Origin: an uncultured bacterium
Lineage (GTDB): Bacteria; Actinomycetota; Acidimicrobiia; Spongiisociales; ZC4RG35
Length of the DNA stretch: 64,000 bases
Direction of reading: 5' to 3'
Assembly: GCA_963785075.1 (NCBI GenBank)
Contig: CAWATW010000004.1
Coordinates: 571,001-635,000 of the forward strand
Both the position numbers and the translations under genes were made by a program. Each line of letters begins with the position of its first letter. Position 1 is the first letter of the stretch. This document shows, piece after piece, positions 32,718-44,819 of the stretch. The notes beneath the pieces are model-generated. The model was given only the letters and a program-made list of their open reading frames with translations, was not told where the DNA came from and made no database searches.

Positions 32718-33358
32718 AACCCGGGTCGACGCCCCGAGATCGGGCAGAGTAGCCGCATTCGGCACAAACCCAAGGAACTGCTCGGCGTCGAGGGCGATTC
32801 CTCAAAAGATCCCGGAACTCCACCACTTGTGATGGGTCATGTCATCGGTTGCGTCGGAAGCCAACGGCGCAACGGAGATGCAGGAGGCAGGAGGGACCAC
32901 GCATCTCCAAGTCGTCGGGGCTCTCGGAGGGGACGCCTCGATGACGACTCCGGCACGATCGCCGGCCGAGGATCTTCCGAGAACTCGGGAACTCTCGGCC
33001 GGCGGCGGTGTCGTATGACCGGGACTGCCCGTTGCACCCACGGGCGGTCTCGTGAGATACCCGGATCGGGCGCCGGACCAACCCCCATCGCCGGCGTCGG
33101 AGGGGACCGGGTATCTCGTTCGAGCCGGACCGGGGAGGGGACCACCCCATGGCCCTCCCCGCCGGCGACTCTTCAGACGCAGCTGCCGGTCGGATGGCCG
33201 GCACACGTTCGCCCGGTTCCAGGTCGCCCTCGCGCAGTGCATGCCGGGTGCCGTCTGCGGTCCGTCGACGGCGGGGGTTCGATTCGAGAGCGATCGCGAC
33301 GATCGTCGGCGCCGCTGCCACGCGCAGAATGAATGGCACCCACCGGGCCAAAGCGTGT

Positions 33359-33793
33359 TCACAACCTCCAGGAGAGAATGCCCGACTCTTCGACAGCTCC
33401 TGCCCCTGCCGAGCGATAGGTTGCGATCGCGACGGCGTCACCGGACTCGACCGGCACCCACATCTCACGGCAGCCCTCCTGTCGGGCGAGTTCGGCGAGG
33501 TGGCGAACCAGGGCTCGCCCGACGCCGCGACGACGATGGCTTCCTTGGACGCCCAACTCGTAGAGGAGCATCTCCGGGCCTTTGTCTGGGTGTGCGATCT
33601 CGATCCCGGTGACAAAACCGACCACCACCCCGGCATCGATCGCGAACACGAGGTGGTGACCGGTTCGCTGTAGAAAGTCCACGGTCCACGAGCGACTCGC
33701 GGGATGGTCGAAGACGTCGGCCGTCAGAACCAGATCGACGTCGTCGGATGTGACGGCTCGGATCACCACGCCGCTGTGGCCCAGGCTGGTCAC
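33359..33793 (-). CDS. GNAT N-acetyltransferase
   Basis: LYELGVQGSHRRRGVGRAL acetyl-CoA motif, AIATYRSAG. Confidence 0.85.
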   Translation of the reverse strand: MTSLGHSGVVIRAVTSDDVDLVLTADVFDHPASRSWTVDFLQRTGHHLVFAIDAGVVVGFVTGIEIAHPDKGPEMLLYELGVQGSHRRRGVGRALVRHLAELARQEGCREMWVPVESGDAVAIATYRSAGAGAVEESGILSWRL

Positions 33794-33842
33794 GTACGCA
33801 TGATGCCATCACGGCGCCGATGGTTTCAACCGGCCCATCCAC

Positions 33843-33881
33843 GAACAGGATCCTCCTGGGCTGGCCAGGAGGATCCTGTTC
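33843..33881. terminator. Stem-loop downstream of rpoC
   Basis: GAACAGGATCCTCCTGG-GCTGG-CCAGGAGGATCCTGTTC, a perfect 17-bp stem. Confidence 0.75.
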
Positions 33882-33919
33882 TTCACTCGACGCCGAACCC
33901 GGGGTTCAGCTGCGCGGGC

Positions 33920-36900
33920 TCACTCGTCGCCTTCGGCATCGCCGTCTTCGACGTCATCGGCACCCCGTTGGGCACCCAACGAGGCGAGCCACTCGGCCGG
34001 GTTCTCGGGCAGACCCTCGTCGGCGGAGCCGGAGCCCTCGCCACCGAGGATGCCAAGCGCCGACACGGTCGCTGCACCAGGAAGCGCCGGCTGGAGCACC
34101 TGGTACTCGTCGGAGCCGGTCCCAGCCGGGATCAGCTTGCCGATGATGACGTTCTCCTTCAGACCACGCATGAAGTCGGACTTGCCCTGGATGGCCGCAT
34201 CCGTCAGCACCCTCGTGGTCTCCTGGAACGAGGCGGCAGACAGCCACGAATCCGTGGCCAGCGACGCCTTGGTGATACCCATGAGCTCGGGCCGGCCCTC
34301 GGCCGGACGCTTGCCGTCCTGAACGAGGGCCTTGTTGGTCTCACGGAACAGCTGATCGTCGACCAGCTCGGCAGGCAGGAAGTCGGCATCGTTGGCCGAC
34401 ACCACCCGAATGCGCTTGAGCATCTGACGCACGACCAGCTCGATGTGCTTGTCGTGGATCTCCACACCCTGGCTCCGGTAAACCTCCTGCACCTGGTCCA
34501 CCAGGTACTGCTGGGCGGAACGGACGCCGCGGATCTCGAGCACTTCCTTGGGATCCAACGGACCTTCGGTGAGCTGGGCACCGGGTTCGATCACGTCACC
34601 GTCGGCGACGCGGAGACGGGCACGACGGCTCACCGGGTACTCCAGATCGCCTTCCTTGGTTTCGACGACCACCCGACGTCCGGCATCGTCTTCGATCACG
34701 CGAACCGGCCCGCCGTCTTCGGACAAGGATGCCTTGCCCTTCGGTGCACGAGCCTCGAACAGCTCGACGACGCGGGGCAAACCGTGCGTGATGTCTTCAC
34801 CCGCCACACCTCCCGTGTGGAAGGTACGCATCGTGAGCTGCGTACCGGGCTCACCGATCGACTGAGCAGCCATGATTCCCACGGCCTCGCCCAGCTCCAC
34901 GATCTTCCCGGTCGCCAGCGACAATCCGTAGCACGCCTGGCAGACACCGAGCTTGGCGTCGCAGGTGAGCACGGACCGGACCCGGACACTCTCGACGTCT
35001 GCACCCTGTGCCTCGAGCGCCAGCAGAGCCTTGGTGCCGATGATGGTGCCGGCCTTCAGCTTCACGCCATCGGCGCCTTCGACGAGTTTGCGCTCGATCT
35101 TGACGTCATCGGCCAGCATGCGGCCATAGACCCGGGAGCGGAGGTTGCGGATGACCTTGCCCCGCTCGTCCGTGATCGCGATCTTGATGCCCTTGTCGGT
35201 TTCGCAGTCCTCGATGTTGACGATCAGTTCCTGACTGACGTCCACGAGACGCCGTGTCAGGTATCCCGAGTCGGCAGTGCGCAACGCCGTGTCGGCGAGT
35301 CCCTTGCGCGCACCGTGCGTCGAGATGAAGTATTCGAGCACCGACAGGCCTTCACGGAAGTTCGAGATGATCGGACGCGGGATGATGTCACCCTTGGGGT
35401 TGGCCACCAGCCCACGCATACCGGCGATCTGCCGGACCTGCATGATGTTCCCTCGGGCACCCGAGCCGACCATCATGTCGATCGAGTTGAACTTCTCTTT
35501 CTTCATGTTGGCTTCCATCGCGTCCTTCACGCGATCGGTCGCCTCGGTCCAGATCTCGATGAGCTCCTGGCGACGTTCGTCGTCGGTCACGACACCCTTC
35601 TGGTAGAGCGACTGCACTTTGTCGGCGCGAGCCTCGTACTCCTCCAGGATCTGTGGCTTGTTGGGCGGCGTCTTCACATCGTCCAGCGCGATCGTGAGTC
35701 CGGCCTTCGTGGCGTACCGGAAGCCCAGGCTCTTGATGGCGTCGAGGGTCTCGGCGACCTCGGTGCGGCGATACCGCTCGATGATCAGCTCGATCAGCTT
35801 GCCGATGTCCGACTTGATCACCACCGAGTTCACATACGGGAACGACGCCGGCAGAGCCGTGTTGATCAGTGCCCTGCCCAGGGTGGTATCGGTGAGCTTG
35901 GCGCCGTCGACCGGTTCGTCCGTGAGCAGTGCCCCCAGTGAGTCGTGCAGGTCGGCATGGATCTCCGGATCGCCCGCCAACTCACCGACACGAAGCCTGA
36001 TCGGGGCGTGAAGCGAGAGCTCACCCATGTCGTAGGCCATCATCGCTTCTTCCAGCGAACCGAACGTGCGTCCCGCTCCCTTGGCGTCCTCGACGAACTC
36101 CGATAGGTAGTAGACACCGATCACCATGTCCTGGGAAGGAGTGACGATCGGACGTCCCGATGCCGGCCGCAGCACGTTGTTCGTCGAGAGCATCAACACC
36201 CGCGCCTCGGCCTGTGCCTCTGCCGACAGCGGAAGGTGCACGGCCATCTGGTCTCCGTCGAAGTCGGCGTTGAACGCCTCGCACACGAGCGGATGGATCT
36301 GGATCGCCTTGCCCTCGACCAGCACTGGCTCGAAGGCCTGGATGCCGAGCCGGTGGAGCGTCGGGGCACGGTTCAAGAGCACGGGATGCTCCTGGATCAC
36401 CTCGCCGAGCACGTCCCAGACCTGCGGGCGCTGGCGTTCCACCATGCGCTTGGCAGACTTGATGTTCTGCGCCAGGTCGAGATCCACGAGACGCTTCATC
36501 ACGAACGGCTTGAAGAGCTCGAGCGCCATGACCTTGGGCAATCCGCATTGGTTCAGCTTCAATTGGGGACCCACGACGATGACGGAACGACCCGAGTAGT
36601 CCACGCGCTTGCCGAGCAGGTTCTGGCGGAACCGGCCCTGCTTGCCCTTCAGCATGTCGGAAAGCGACTTGAGCGCACGATTGCCGGGGCCTGTGACCGC
36701 ACGGCCGCGGCGGCCGTTGTCGAACAACGCGTCGACGGCCTCCTGCAGCATCCGCTTCTCGTTGTTCACGATGATCTCGGGAGCACCGAGGTCGAGAAGC
36801 CGCTTCAGACGGTTGTTCCGGTTGATGACGCGGCGATACAGGTCATTGAGGTCGGACGTGGCGAAGCGACCACCGTCGAGCTGCACCATGGGCCGGAGAT

Positions 36901-37864
36901 CCGGCGGGATGACGGGGATGGTCTCCATGATCAGATCTGTGGGGTGGTTCTTGCCCTCGAAGAACGGTTTGACCACCTTCAGGCGCTGCGTGGCACGCTG
37001 ACGCTTCTGAGCCGAATTTGCATCGAGGTCTTCGTTGAGGCGCTCCATCTCGGCATCGAGGTCGAGCCGTCCCAGGAGGTCCTTGATGGCTTCTGCACCC
37101 ATGCCGCCGTGGAAATACATCGAGTAGCGCTCGAAGATCTCACGCCAGAGCTGCTCTGAGTCCACGAGGGTCTTCGGCGTGAATCCCTTGAATGAATCGA
37201 ACGCCTCTTCGACCAACTCGGCCTCACGATCGGCACGATCCTTGCGAGCCGCGACCTCCTTCTCGACTTCGCGCCGTCGAGCGGAGATCTCCTGGGGCTT
37301 GGCACCGCCCTCTTCCATCCGCGCGAGTTCGTCCTCGAGCGCCTCGAGCCGGATCGCCTTCCAGTCCTCGAAGTCCTCGGCGACGACCTGGAGCTCGGCG
37401 CGCATGTTGTCTTCGAGTTCGGGCAGATCCGTCTGACGCTTCTCCTCGTCGACCGAGGTGATGAGATAGGCAGCGAAGTAGATGACCTTCTCGAGGTCCT
37501 TGGGTGACATGTCGAGCAGGTAGCCGAGCCGGCTGGGCACACCCTTGAAGAACCAGATGTGGGTGACCGGGGCGGCGAGCTCGATGTGACCCATGCGCTC
37601 GCGACGAACCTTCGACCGCGTGACTTCCACGCCGCAGCGCTCGCAGACGATGCCCTTGTACCGGATGCGCTTGTACTTGCCGCAGTAGCACTCCCAGTCC
37701 CGCTGCGGCCCGAAGATGCGCTCGTCGAAGAGGCCCTCCTTCTCGGGCTTGAGGGTCCGGTAGTTGATCGTCTCGGGCTTCTTGACCTCACCGTAGGACC
37801 AGGCGCGAATCTGGTCGGTGGAGGCGAGGCCGATCTTCAGTTCATCGAAGACTTGACGTGCCAC
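33920..37864 (-). CDS. rpoC: RNA polymerase subunit beta'
   Basis: NADFDGD catalytic motif, N-terminal Zn finger, actinobacterial-type coiled-coil insertion. Confidence 0.99.
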   Translation of the reverse strand: MARQVFDELKIGLASTDQIRAWSYGEVKKPETINYRTLKPEKEGLFDERIFGPQRDWECYCGKYKRIRYKGIVCERCGVEVTRSKVRRERMGHIELAAPVTHIWFFKGVPSRLGYLLDMSPKDLEKVIYFAAYLITSVDEEKRQTDLPELEDNMRAELQVVAEDFEDWKAIRLEALEDELARMEEGGAKPQEISARRREVEKEVAARKDRADREAELVEEAFDSFKGFTPKTLVDSEQLWREIFERYSMYFHGGMGAEAIKDLLGRLDLDAEMERLNEDLDANSAQKRQRATQRLKVVKPFFEGKNHPTDLIMETIPVIPPDLRPMVQLDGGRFATSDLNDLYRRVINRNNRLKRLLDLGAPEIIVNNEKRMLQEAVDALFDNGRRGRAVTGPGNRALKSLSDMLKGKQGRFRQNLLGKRVDYSGRSVIVVGPQLKLNQCGLPKVMALELFKPFVMKRLVDLDLAQNIKSAKRMVERQRPQVWDVLGEVIQEHPVLLNRAPTLHRLGIQAFEPVLVEGKAIQIHPLVCEAFNADFDGDQMAVHLPLSAEAQAEARVLMLSTNNVLRPASGRPIVTPSQDMVIGVYYLSEFVEDAKGAGRTFGSLEEAMMAYDMGELSLHAPIRLRVGELAGDPEIHADLHDSLGALLTDEPVDGAKLTDTTLGRALINTALPASFPYVNSVVIKSDIGKLIELIIERYRRTEVAETLDAIKSLGFRYATKAGLTIALDDVKTPPNKPQILEEYEARADKVQSLYQKGVVTDDERRQELIEIWTEATDRVKDAMEANMKKEKFNSIDMMVGSGARGNIMQVRQIAGMRGLVANPKGDIIPRPIISNFREGLSVLEYFISTHGARKGLADTALRTADSGYLTRRLVDVSQELIVNIEDCETDKGIKIAITDERGKVIRNLRSRVYGRMLADDVKIERKLVEGADGVKLKAGTIIGTKALLALEAQGADVESVRVRSVLTCDAKLGVCQACYGLSLATGKIVELGEAVGIMAAQSIGEPGTQLTMRTFHTGGVAGEDITHGLPRVVELFEARAPKGKASLSEDGGPVRVIEDDAGRRVVVETKEGDLEYPVSRRARLRVADGDVIEPGAQLTEGPLDPKEVLEIRGVRSAQQYLVDQVQEVYRSQGVEIHDKHIELVVRQMLKRIRVVSANDADFLPAELVDDQLFRETNKALVQDGKRPAEGRPELMGITKASLATDSWLSAASFQETTRVLTDAAIQGKSDFMRGLKENVIIGKLIPAGTGSDEYQVLQPALPGAATVSALGILGGEGSGSADEGLPENPAEWLASLGAQRGADDVEDGDAEGDE

Positions 37865-37874
37865 TTTGCTCCTT

Positions 37875-37976
37875 TGAGTACTGAGTACTTGATACGGAGT
37901 ACTGAGAACCGAGCGCTTGCACCGAACCGTGACCCGTGAGTCCTGTCTCGATACTCAGTACTCGGTACTCAGTACT
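37875..37976. repeat. Inverted heptamer-array pair at the rpoB-rpoC junction
   Basis: TGAGTAC TGAGTAC...GGAGTAC TGAGAAC...ATACTCA GTACTCG GTACTCA GTACT. Confidence 0.8.
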
Positions 37977-37979
37977 TCT

Positions 37980-40900
37980 CTATACGTCTGCTTCCGGGCG
38001 TTCCGGACGTGACAGGTCGATGCCGAGGCTCTCGGTCGGCCGATACATGTCGTCCTCGAGCTCACGGAGCTCGACTTCCTCACCAGCCGAGAGCATCTCG
38101 ACGTTGAGGCACAGACTCTGCATCTCCTTGACCAACACCCGGAACGACTCGGGAATGCCCGGTTCGGGGATGTTGTCACCCTTGACGATGGCCTCGTACA
38201 CCTTGACACGACCCTGGACGTCGTCCGACTTGATGGTGAGAAGCTCCTGGAGCGCATAGGCGGCGCCGTAGGCCTCGAGGGCCCACACCTCCATCTCTCC
38301 GAAGCGCTGGCCACCGAACTGGGCCTTGCCACCGAGCGGCTGCTGGGTGATCATCGAATACGGGCCCGTCGACCGGGCATGGATCTTGTCGTCGACCAGG
38401 TGCACCAGTTTGAGGATGTAGATGTACCCCACGGTGACCCCGGTATCGAACGGCTCCCCGGTCCGGCCGTCGTAGAGCTGGGCCTTTCCGTCGTCCCCGA
38501 CGAGCCTGACGCCGTCGCGGTTCGCACGAGCGTTCTTGATCACCTGGGCGATCTCGTCCTCACGGGCGCCGTCGAACACCGGCGTCGCCGTGCGGGTCCA
38601 AGGCTCGGCGCCGACCACCGCAGGACTGTCGCCCTCGAACGGCTCCCAACCCTGGGCTGCCGCCCATCCGAGGTGGGTTTCGAGCACTTGGCCCAAGTTC
38701 ATCCGGGACGGCACACCGAGTGGGGACAGGATGATGTCGACCGGCGTTCCGTCCTCGAGGAACGGCATGTCCTCTTCGGGCAGGATCTTCGCCACGATTC
38801 CCTTGTTTCCGTGGCGGCCGGCGAGCTTGTCACCTTCGGAGATCTTGCGCTGCTGGGCGACGTACACCCGAACGAGCTCGTTGACTCCCGGTGGAAGGTC
38901 GTATCCCTCGGCTCGTTTGAAGACCTTGACGGCGATGACCTTGCCCTGCTCTCCGTGGGGCACCTTCAGCGACGTGTCACGGACTTCGCGAGCCTTCTCA
39001 CCGAAGATCGCACGGAGCAGGCGCTCTTCAGGCGTCAGCTCGGTCTCACCCTTGGGTGTGACCTTGCCGACGAGGTAGTCGCCGGGTCCGACCTCGGCTC
39101 CGATCCGGATGATTCCGTCCTCGTCGAGATCGGCGAGAACCTCATCGGCGACATTCGGGATGTCTCGTGTGATCTCCTCGGCACCGAGCTTGGTGTCCCG
39201 AGCGTCGATCTCGTGCTCCTCGATGTGGATCGAAGTGAGCACGTCGTCCTTGACGAGGCGCTCCGAGAGGATGATGGCATCCTCGAAGTTGTGGCCGTTC
39301 CAAGGCATGAAGGCGACCATGAGGTTGCGACCGAGGGCGAGCTCACCCTTGTCGGTCGAAGGGCCGTCTGCGAGAACGCTGCCGACCTCGACCTTGTCAC
39401 CTTCACGAACCAACGGCTTGTGATTCATGCACGTGCCCTGGTTCGAACGCTCGAACTTGTCGAGCGGATAGGTGTGCTTCTTGTTGGTGCCCTTTTCCTT
39501 CACGAGGATCTCGTCGCCCGTGACCTCCACGACCTCGCCTTCGACCCCGCAGATGAGCATGTCACCTGAGTCCTGGGCGGCGCGGCGCTCGACACCGGTT
39601 CCGACGAGCGGTGCATCGGAGGTGAGCAGTGGCACCGCCTGACGCTGCATGTTCGAGCCCATCAGGGCACGGTTTGCGTCGTCGTGCTCCAGGAACGGGA
39701 TGAGAGCGGTCGAGACCGAGACCAACTGCTTGGGAGAAACGTCCATGTAGTCGACCTTGTCGGGTGACACGTAGTCCACTTCTCCGCCCGCCGTCCGGAC
39801 AAGCACACGATCGTTCTGGAACGCCCCGCTCTCCTGCAGCGGCGCGTTCGCCTGCGCGATGACGTACCGCTCCTCCTCGGTGGCGGTGAGGTAGTCGATC
39901 TGCTCGGTCACGACTCCGTCGCGAGCCTTGCGGTACGGCGTCTCGATGAAGCCGAACCGGTTGACCCGGGCGTAGCAGGCGAGCGACCCGATGAGACCGA
40001 TGTTCGGGCCTTCAGGAGTCTCGATCGGGCACATCCGGCCGTAATGGGACGGGTGAACGTCTCGCACCTCGAACCCGGCTCGCTCACGGCTGAGACCACC
40101 CGGGCCGAGCGCCGAGAGCCGGCGGCGATGGGTGAGCCCGGCCAGAGGGTTGGGCTGATCCATGAACTGACTCAGCTGGCTGGTGCCGAAGAACTCCTTG
40201 ATGGAGGCTGTGACCGGACGGATGTTGATCAGGCTCTGGGGCGTGATCGACTCCGGATCCTGCGTCGTCATCCGCTCCTTCACCACCCGCTCCAGCCGGG
40301 TGAGCCCCACCCGAACCTGGTTCTGAATCAGCTCTCCGACCGTCCGGATACGGCGATTGCCGAAGTGGTCGATGTCGTCGGTGACGACAGGGATCTCGAC
40401 GCCCTGATGAGTCGTCATGGTGGGGTTGCCGGCGTGCAGCGCAACCAGGTACTTGATGCAGTCCACGATGTCTTCGTCACGCAGCATCGACAGGTTGGCG
40501 GCCCGGTAGTCATCCGGGACGGCCTCGTCGAACTTCTGGCTCAGCTTGTAGCGGCCAACGCGCGTGAGGTCGTAACGCTTGGGATTTCGGAACAAGGTCT
40601 GGATCAGGTTGCGGGCCGACTCCACCGTCGTGGGCTCGCCCGGGCGAAGCTTGCGGTACAGATCGACGAGAGCTTCCTCCCGATCGGTGGCCGTGTCGCG
40701 CTCGATCGAATTCCGGATCGACTCGGCGCCATCGAACAGGTCGAGGATCTCTTCGTCGGTTTCGGCGATGCCGAGCGCACGGAGGAAGGCCGAGATGTAC
40801 TGACGGCGCTTGCGATCGACGCGAACGCCGATCGTGTCGCGCTTGTCGGTGTCGAACTCGAGCCAAGCACCACGACCGGGGATCAACTTGCCCGAGTAGA

Positions 40901-41354
40901 TCAGACGGTCCGAAGTCTTGTCGGGTGTGTAGTCGAAATAGACACCCGGCGACCGGACGAGCTGGGACACGACGACACGCTCGGTGCCGTTGATGATGAA
41001 GACGCCGTTTTCGGTCATCATCGGGAAATCCCCCAGGAAGACCTGCTGCTCCTTGATCTCACCGGTCTGCTTGTTCATGAAGCGGGCGGTGACGAACAGG
41101 GGCTTGGCGAAGTTGGCGTCGCGCTCTTTGGCCTCTTCGATCGAATACGGCGGTTCGCCGAAACGATGATCGGTCAGTTCGAGTGCGAGAGTGCCCGTGA
41201 AATCCTCGATCGGGCTGATCTCTTCGAATATCTCTTTGAGTCCCTCATCGAGGAACCACGTGAACGATTCTTGTTGTACAGCAAGAAGATCGGGGAGAGG
41301 GAGGACCTCCGGGATCTTTCCAAACGAAAAGCGCTCGGCGACGCGCGACGACAA
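37980..41354 (-). CDS. rpoB: RNA polymerase subunit beta
   Basis: [39 protein letters not shown]. Confidence 0.99.
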   Translation of the reverse strand: MSSRVAERFSFGKIPEVLPLPDLLAVQQESFTWFLDEGLKEIFEEISPIEDFTGTLALELTDHRFGEPPYSIEEAKERDANFAKPLFVTARFMNKQTGEIKEQQVFLGDFPMMTENGVFIINGTERVVVSQLVRSPGVYFDYTPDKTSDRLIYSGKLIPGRGAWLEFDTDKRDTIGVRVDRKRRQYISAFLRALGIAETDEEILDLFDGAESIRNSIERDTATDREEALVDLYRKLRPGEPTTVESARNLIQTLFRNPKRYDLTRVGRYKLSQKFDEAVPDDYRAANLSMLRDEDIVDCIKYLVALHAGNPTMTTHQGVEIPVVTDDIDHFGNRRIRTVGELIQNQVRVGLTRLERVVKERMTTQDPESITPQSLINIRPVTASIKEFFGTSQLSQFMDQPNPLAGLTHRRRLSALGPGGLSRERAGFEVRDVHPSHYGRMCPIETPEGPNIGLIGSLACYARVNRFGFIETPYRKARDGVVTEQIDYLTATEEERYVIAQANAPLQESGAFQNDRVLVRTAGGEVDYVSPDKVDYMDVSPKQLVSVSTALIPFLEHDDANRALMGSNMQRQAVPLLTSDAPLVGTGVERRAAQDSGDMLICGVEGEVVEVTGDEILVKEKGTNKKHTYPLDKFERSNQGTCMNHKPLVREGDKVEVGSVLADGPSTDKGELALGRNLMVAFMPWNGHNFEDAIILSERLVKDDVLTSIHIEEHEIDARDTKLGAEEITRDIPNVADEVLADLDEDGIIRIGAEVGPGDYLVGKVTPKGETELTPEERLLRAIFGEKAREVRDTSLKVPHGEQGKVIAVKVFKRAEGYDLPPGVNELVRVYVAQQRKISEGDKLAGRHGNKGIVAKILPEEDMPFLEDGTPVDIILSPLGVPSRMNLGQVLETHLGWAAAQGWEPFEGDSPAVVGAEPWTRTATPVFDGAREDEIAQVIKNARANRDGVRLVGDDGKAQLYDGRTGEPFDTGVTVGYIYILKLVHLVDDKIHARSTGPYSMITQQPLGGKAQFGGQRFGEMEVWALEAYGAAYALQELLTIKSDDVQGRVKVYEAIVKGDNIPEPGIPESFRVLVKEMQSLCLNVEMLSAGEEVELRELEDDMYRPTESLGIDLSRPERPEADV

Positions 41355-41509
41355 GGGAGCCTCCTTGGAGTCCAGACAACCAGAAAGGGCACACTACCAG
41401 GACTGGCAATGCCTCGCAAATGCGTGCACCGCAACACACACCCCTTCGCTTGGTGCACCTGTTCGGTTGTCTGCCGAAGTCGCTCGCAACGAGCACCACG
41501 ACTCGCTGC

Positions 41510-41539
41510 ATCCTACGCCGAAGTGCCCGAAGGTGTCAA
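41510..41539 (-). promoter_or_regulatory. sigmaA-type promoter of rpoBC
   Basis: TTGACA-N18-TAGGAT, about 155 nt upstream of rpoB. Confidence 0.7.
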
Positions 41540-41573
41540 CGGTTCTCGCGACCCAACCGGTCACCGGTCCCCA

Positions 41574-41750
41574 GCGTCGTGCGTCGTGCGTCATGCGTCG
41601 TGCGTCATGCGTCGTGCGTCATGCGTCGTGCGTCGTGCGTCGTGCGTCGTGCGTCGTGCGTCGTGCGTCGTGCGTTGTGCGTCGTGCGACGTGCGCCATG
41701 CGTCATGCGTCATGCGTCATGCGTCATGCGTCGTGCGTTGTGCGTCATGC
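41574..41750. repeat. Tandem heptamer array (TGCGTC[G/A]), about 25 copies
   Basis: About 177 bp of near-perfect 7-mer periodicity. Confidence 0.95.
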
Positions 41751-41760
41751 GCGGCCGAGC

Positions 41761-42118
41761 ACGCGAACCACGGCTTCACCGTGCATCGTGGCCAGAAGCC
41801 GCCCAACCCCAGCACACCCGCCGTCAGCACGGCACTCGGGGGTCTGGGGATTGCCCCCCAGACATCATCAACCCGCCCAACCCGCGAACCACGGCTTGCC
41901 GATGCATCGTGACCTGACGCCGCCCGATCCGGAGACACCCGCCATCAGGACGGCACTCGGGGGTCTGGGGGTCGCCCCAGTGGGGCTCGCTTTGCTCGCC
42001 CCGTCTCGGGTCTCCGGTCTCCAGTCTCCAGTCTCCAGTCTGGTGACAACGCGAACCACGGCTTCACCGTGGATCCTGACCTGAAGCCGCCCGAACCGGA
42101 AACACCCGCCATCAGGAC
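41761..42118 (+). repeat. ~115-bp REP/MITE-like repeat, units 1-3 (unit 3 interrupted by IS3), with a (CCAGTCT)n array at about 42002-42040
   Basis: Shared CGCGAACCACGGCTT...GCCGCCC...ACACCCGCC(G/A)TCAG(C/G)ACGGCACTCGGGGGTCTGGGG...CCCCAG. Confidence 0.88.
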
Positions 42119-42430
42119 TGGCCTTCCCCCCGGTTGCCTGACACCGTTCTTACGCGGCTTGGTCGTGTGTCTTGGTTTGACGGTACTGGTCCTCCCATCC
42201 GATCGGGGTCTGGTAGCCGAGGCTGGAGTGGAGCCGTCGGGTGTTGTATCGGTTGATCCAGGCGAAGATCGCCCGACGGGCCTCGGCTCGTGTCGTGAAG
42301 CTGATGCGCGAGACGAGTTCTCGTTTGAGGGTCCCGAACCAGGCTTCGGCCACGGCGTTATCCCAGCACACCCCGGTCCGTCCCACCGACTGGACCATCC
42401 CGGCCTGGTCCAAGACGGCGGCTGTCTCTC
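42119..42430 (-). mobile_element. Partial IS3-family copy (312-bp right end), tandem duplicate of 42431-42742
   Basis: Both copies begin TGGCCTTCCCCCGGTTGCCTGACACC and appear identical through GCTGTCTCTC. Confidence 0.9.
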
Positions 42431-42461
42431 TGGCCTTCCCCCCGGTTGCCTGACACCGTTC

Positions 42462-43357
42462 TTACGCGGCTTGGTCGTGTGTCTTGGTTTGACGGTACTG
42501 GTCCTCCCATCCGATCGGGGTCTGGTAGCCGAGGCTGGAGTGGAGCCGTCGGGTGTTGTATCGGTTGATCCAGGCGAAGATCGCCCGACGGGCCTCGGCT
42601 CGTGTCGTGAAGCTGATGCGCGAGACGAGTTCTCGTTTGAGGGTCCCGAACCAGGCTTCGGCCACGGCGTTATCCCAGCACACCCCGGTCCGTCCCACCG
42701 ACTGGACCATCCCGGCCTGGTCCAAGACGGCGGCTGTCTCTCCTGCCAGGTATTGGGATCCACGATCCGAATGCAAGATGATCCCTTCCACGTCGCCGGC
42801 TCGGATCCCGACGGCCATGTCTATCGCCGACGTGACCAGACTGGCTCGCATGTGGTCGGCCATTGAGTAGCCGAGCAGCCGTCTCGAGCCGATGTCCACG
42901 ACGGAGGCCAGATACAGCCAGCCTTCCCAGGTCGGGATGTAGGTGATGTCCGAACACCACGCCCAATCCGGGGCGCCCGGGGTGAACCGGCGGGCCACCA
43001 GGTCGGGGACCTTGGGACGCTCCTCTGTCGAGACCGTGGTCCGCACGAACCGCTTCTTCGGGATCCCCACGATGCCATGTTCCCGCATGAGCCGTTCCAC
43101 CCGCTTGTGGTTCACGTCCCAGCCTGGTTCCCCAGCTCCACGATCATCCTGGGCGACCCCACCGTGTCGTCTTCCCGATGGATCTCCCGCATCGTCTCGA
43201 CCAACCGAACCTCCGCCAGTTCGGTGGTGGTCGGCCCGGCCGCCACCCGGGTCTTCCACTCGTAGAAGGCTTGGCGGGACACCCCCGCCACTCGACACGC
43301 CTGCCTGGTCGGGAATCCATCGGCCTTCCGGGCAGCCACCCACCGATAGCGGGTCAC
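42462..43357 (-). pseudogene. IS3 OrfB integrase-core transposase, frameshifted near 43120
   Basis: WCSDITY, HSDRGSQY, DNAVAEAW DDE motifs; the N-terminal part (43112-43357) is in another frame. Confidence 0.85.
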
Positions 43358-43659
43358 TGTCCCGACTCCTTCACCCAGAAGGCCGTCGCTCGTTTGAGTA
43401 GGTCTCGTTCCATCCGCAACCGGGCGTTCTCCCGGCGCAGCTCGGCCAACTCCGCCCTCTCAGACGTCGTCAACCCCTCGCGCTCGCCCCGATCGATCCG
43501 GGCCTGCTTAACCCAGTTCCCCAGCGACGTCTCCCCGATCCCAAGACTCCGGGCCACGTCGGCGATTGACCTGCCCTCATCGAGCACCATCGCCACCGCG
43601 TCCTTCTTGAACTCGGGAGAGAACGATCGCCGTCTCCTCACCGGCTGATCCTCAGTCAT
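43354..43659 (-). CDS. IS3 OrfA (HTH) transposase
   Basis: RRSFSPEFKKDAV..SIADVARSLGI..LRRENARLRMERDLLKRATAF; GTGA overlap with orfB. Confidence 0.9.
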   Translation of the reverse strand: MTEDQPVRRRRSFSPEFKKDAVAMVLDEGRSIADVARSLGIGETSLGNWVKQARIDRGEREGLTTSERAELAELRRENARLRMERDLLKRATAFWVKESGQ

Positions 43660-43749
43660 GATCCCCATCATCTACCACCTCTCTATCGAGGTGTCCGGTC
43701 AATGGGGGGAGGCCCAGGGGTCTGAGGGTCGCCCCCAGTTGTGGCTTCG

Positions 43750-44761
43750 AGCTGCGGATTCCGAAGGTGCGGGAGGGTGCGGTCTTCCCGTCGTTGTTGG
43801 AACCTCGCCGTCGGGTGGATCGGGCGTTGTGGGCGGTGATCATGACCGCCTACGTGACCGGCACCTCAACGAGGAAGGTCGACGACCTGGTCAAAGCACT
43901 CGGAGTGGACTCGGGGATCTCCAAGTCGACCGTGTCGAGGATCTGTGAACAGCTCGACGAGGAGGTGGCAGCGTTCCTGGATCGGAGCCTGGATCACATC
44001 GCCTTCCCGTATGTGTTCGTTGACGCCACCTACCTGCACGGCCGCAAAGACCACCGGGTCGTCTCTCGGGCGGTGGTGGTGGCCACCGGTGTCGCCGCTG
44101 ACGGCAACCGAGAAGTCCTCGATCTGGACGTCGGGGACACCGAAGACGAGGTGTTCTGGACCACCTCTCTGCGCCGACTCCGCAAACGAGGACTGTCAGG
44201 GGTGGTGTTGGTGATCTCTGACGCTCACACGGGTTGAAAGCAGCCATCCGCAAGACCATGTCCGGATGCAGCTGGCAGAGGTGCAGAGTGCATTTCATGC
44301 GCAACCTGCTGTCCAGGGTTCCCAAGGGTCACGCCGAGATGGTGGCCGCCACCGTCAGAACCATTTTCGCTCAACCCGACCCGGCATCGACCCGGGACCA
44401 CCTGCGGCTCGTCGCCGACATGCTCAGAGAACGCCACCCCGCCGTCTCCGACCTGCTGTTGGAGGCCGAGGCAGACGTCACTGCCTACGCCGGATTCCCA
44501 CCATCGCATTGGAAGAAGGTGTGGTCGACCAACCCGCTCGAACGGCTCATGCGAGAAATCAAACGCAGAGCAGACGTGGTCGGGATCTTCCCCGACGACA
44601 ACTCCATCCTCCGCCTCGTCGGAGCCGTCCTCTCAGAACAACACGATGAGTGGCAGGTCACCGACCGCCGATACCTGTCCGAAGAATCAATGGCACTCAT
44701 CGGAACCATGCACCAAACTCACACCGACAAGGAGGTGAACCAACTCCCCGCCACCGGATAG
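43750..44761 (+). pseudogene. IS256-family transposase, 5'-truncated and frameshifted near 44234
   Basis: VFVDATY, VISDAH, WQRCRVHF, STNPLERLMREIKRR, IFPD. Confidence 0.9.
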
Positions 44762-44819
44762 GCGGGACAACGCTGAGGGTTCACCTACTTACACCACGCC
44801 GCTCAGTGTGATGATTCCT

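Larger units (their letters stand above)
42431..43716 (-). mobile_element. IS3-family insertion sequence (1286 bp)
   Basis: TG...CA termini with imperfect IRs (TGGCCTTCCCCCGGTTGCCTGACACC versus TGGGCCTCCCCCCATTGACCGGACACC); carries orfA and orfB. Confidence 0.92.

Noticed and set aside
33704-41912. Long plus-strand ORFs (745, 622, 396 aa), and similar ones opposite secY, glmS, glmM and nnr
   Set aside because: Antisense shadows of high-GC3 core genes.
41191-42084. ORFs with RASCVVR repeats, and N-terminal extensions of coaA and map (SPVTSHQ, RHASCV)
   Set aside because: These are translations of non-coding heptamer arrays.
43112-43130. Programmed -1 frameshift in IS3
   Set aside because: The break is inside orfB, not at the orfA/orfB overlap (GTGA coupling), and no slippery A-run is present.
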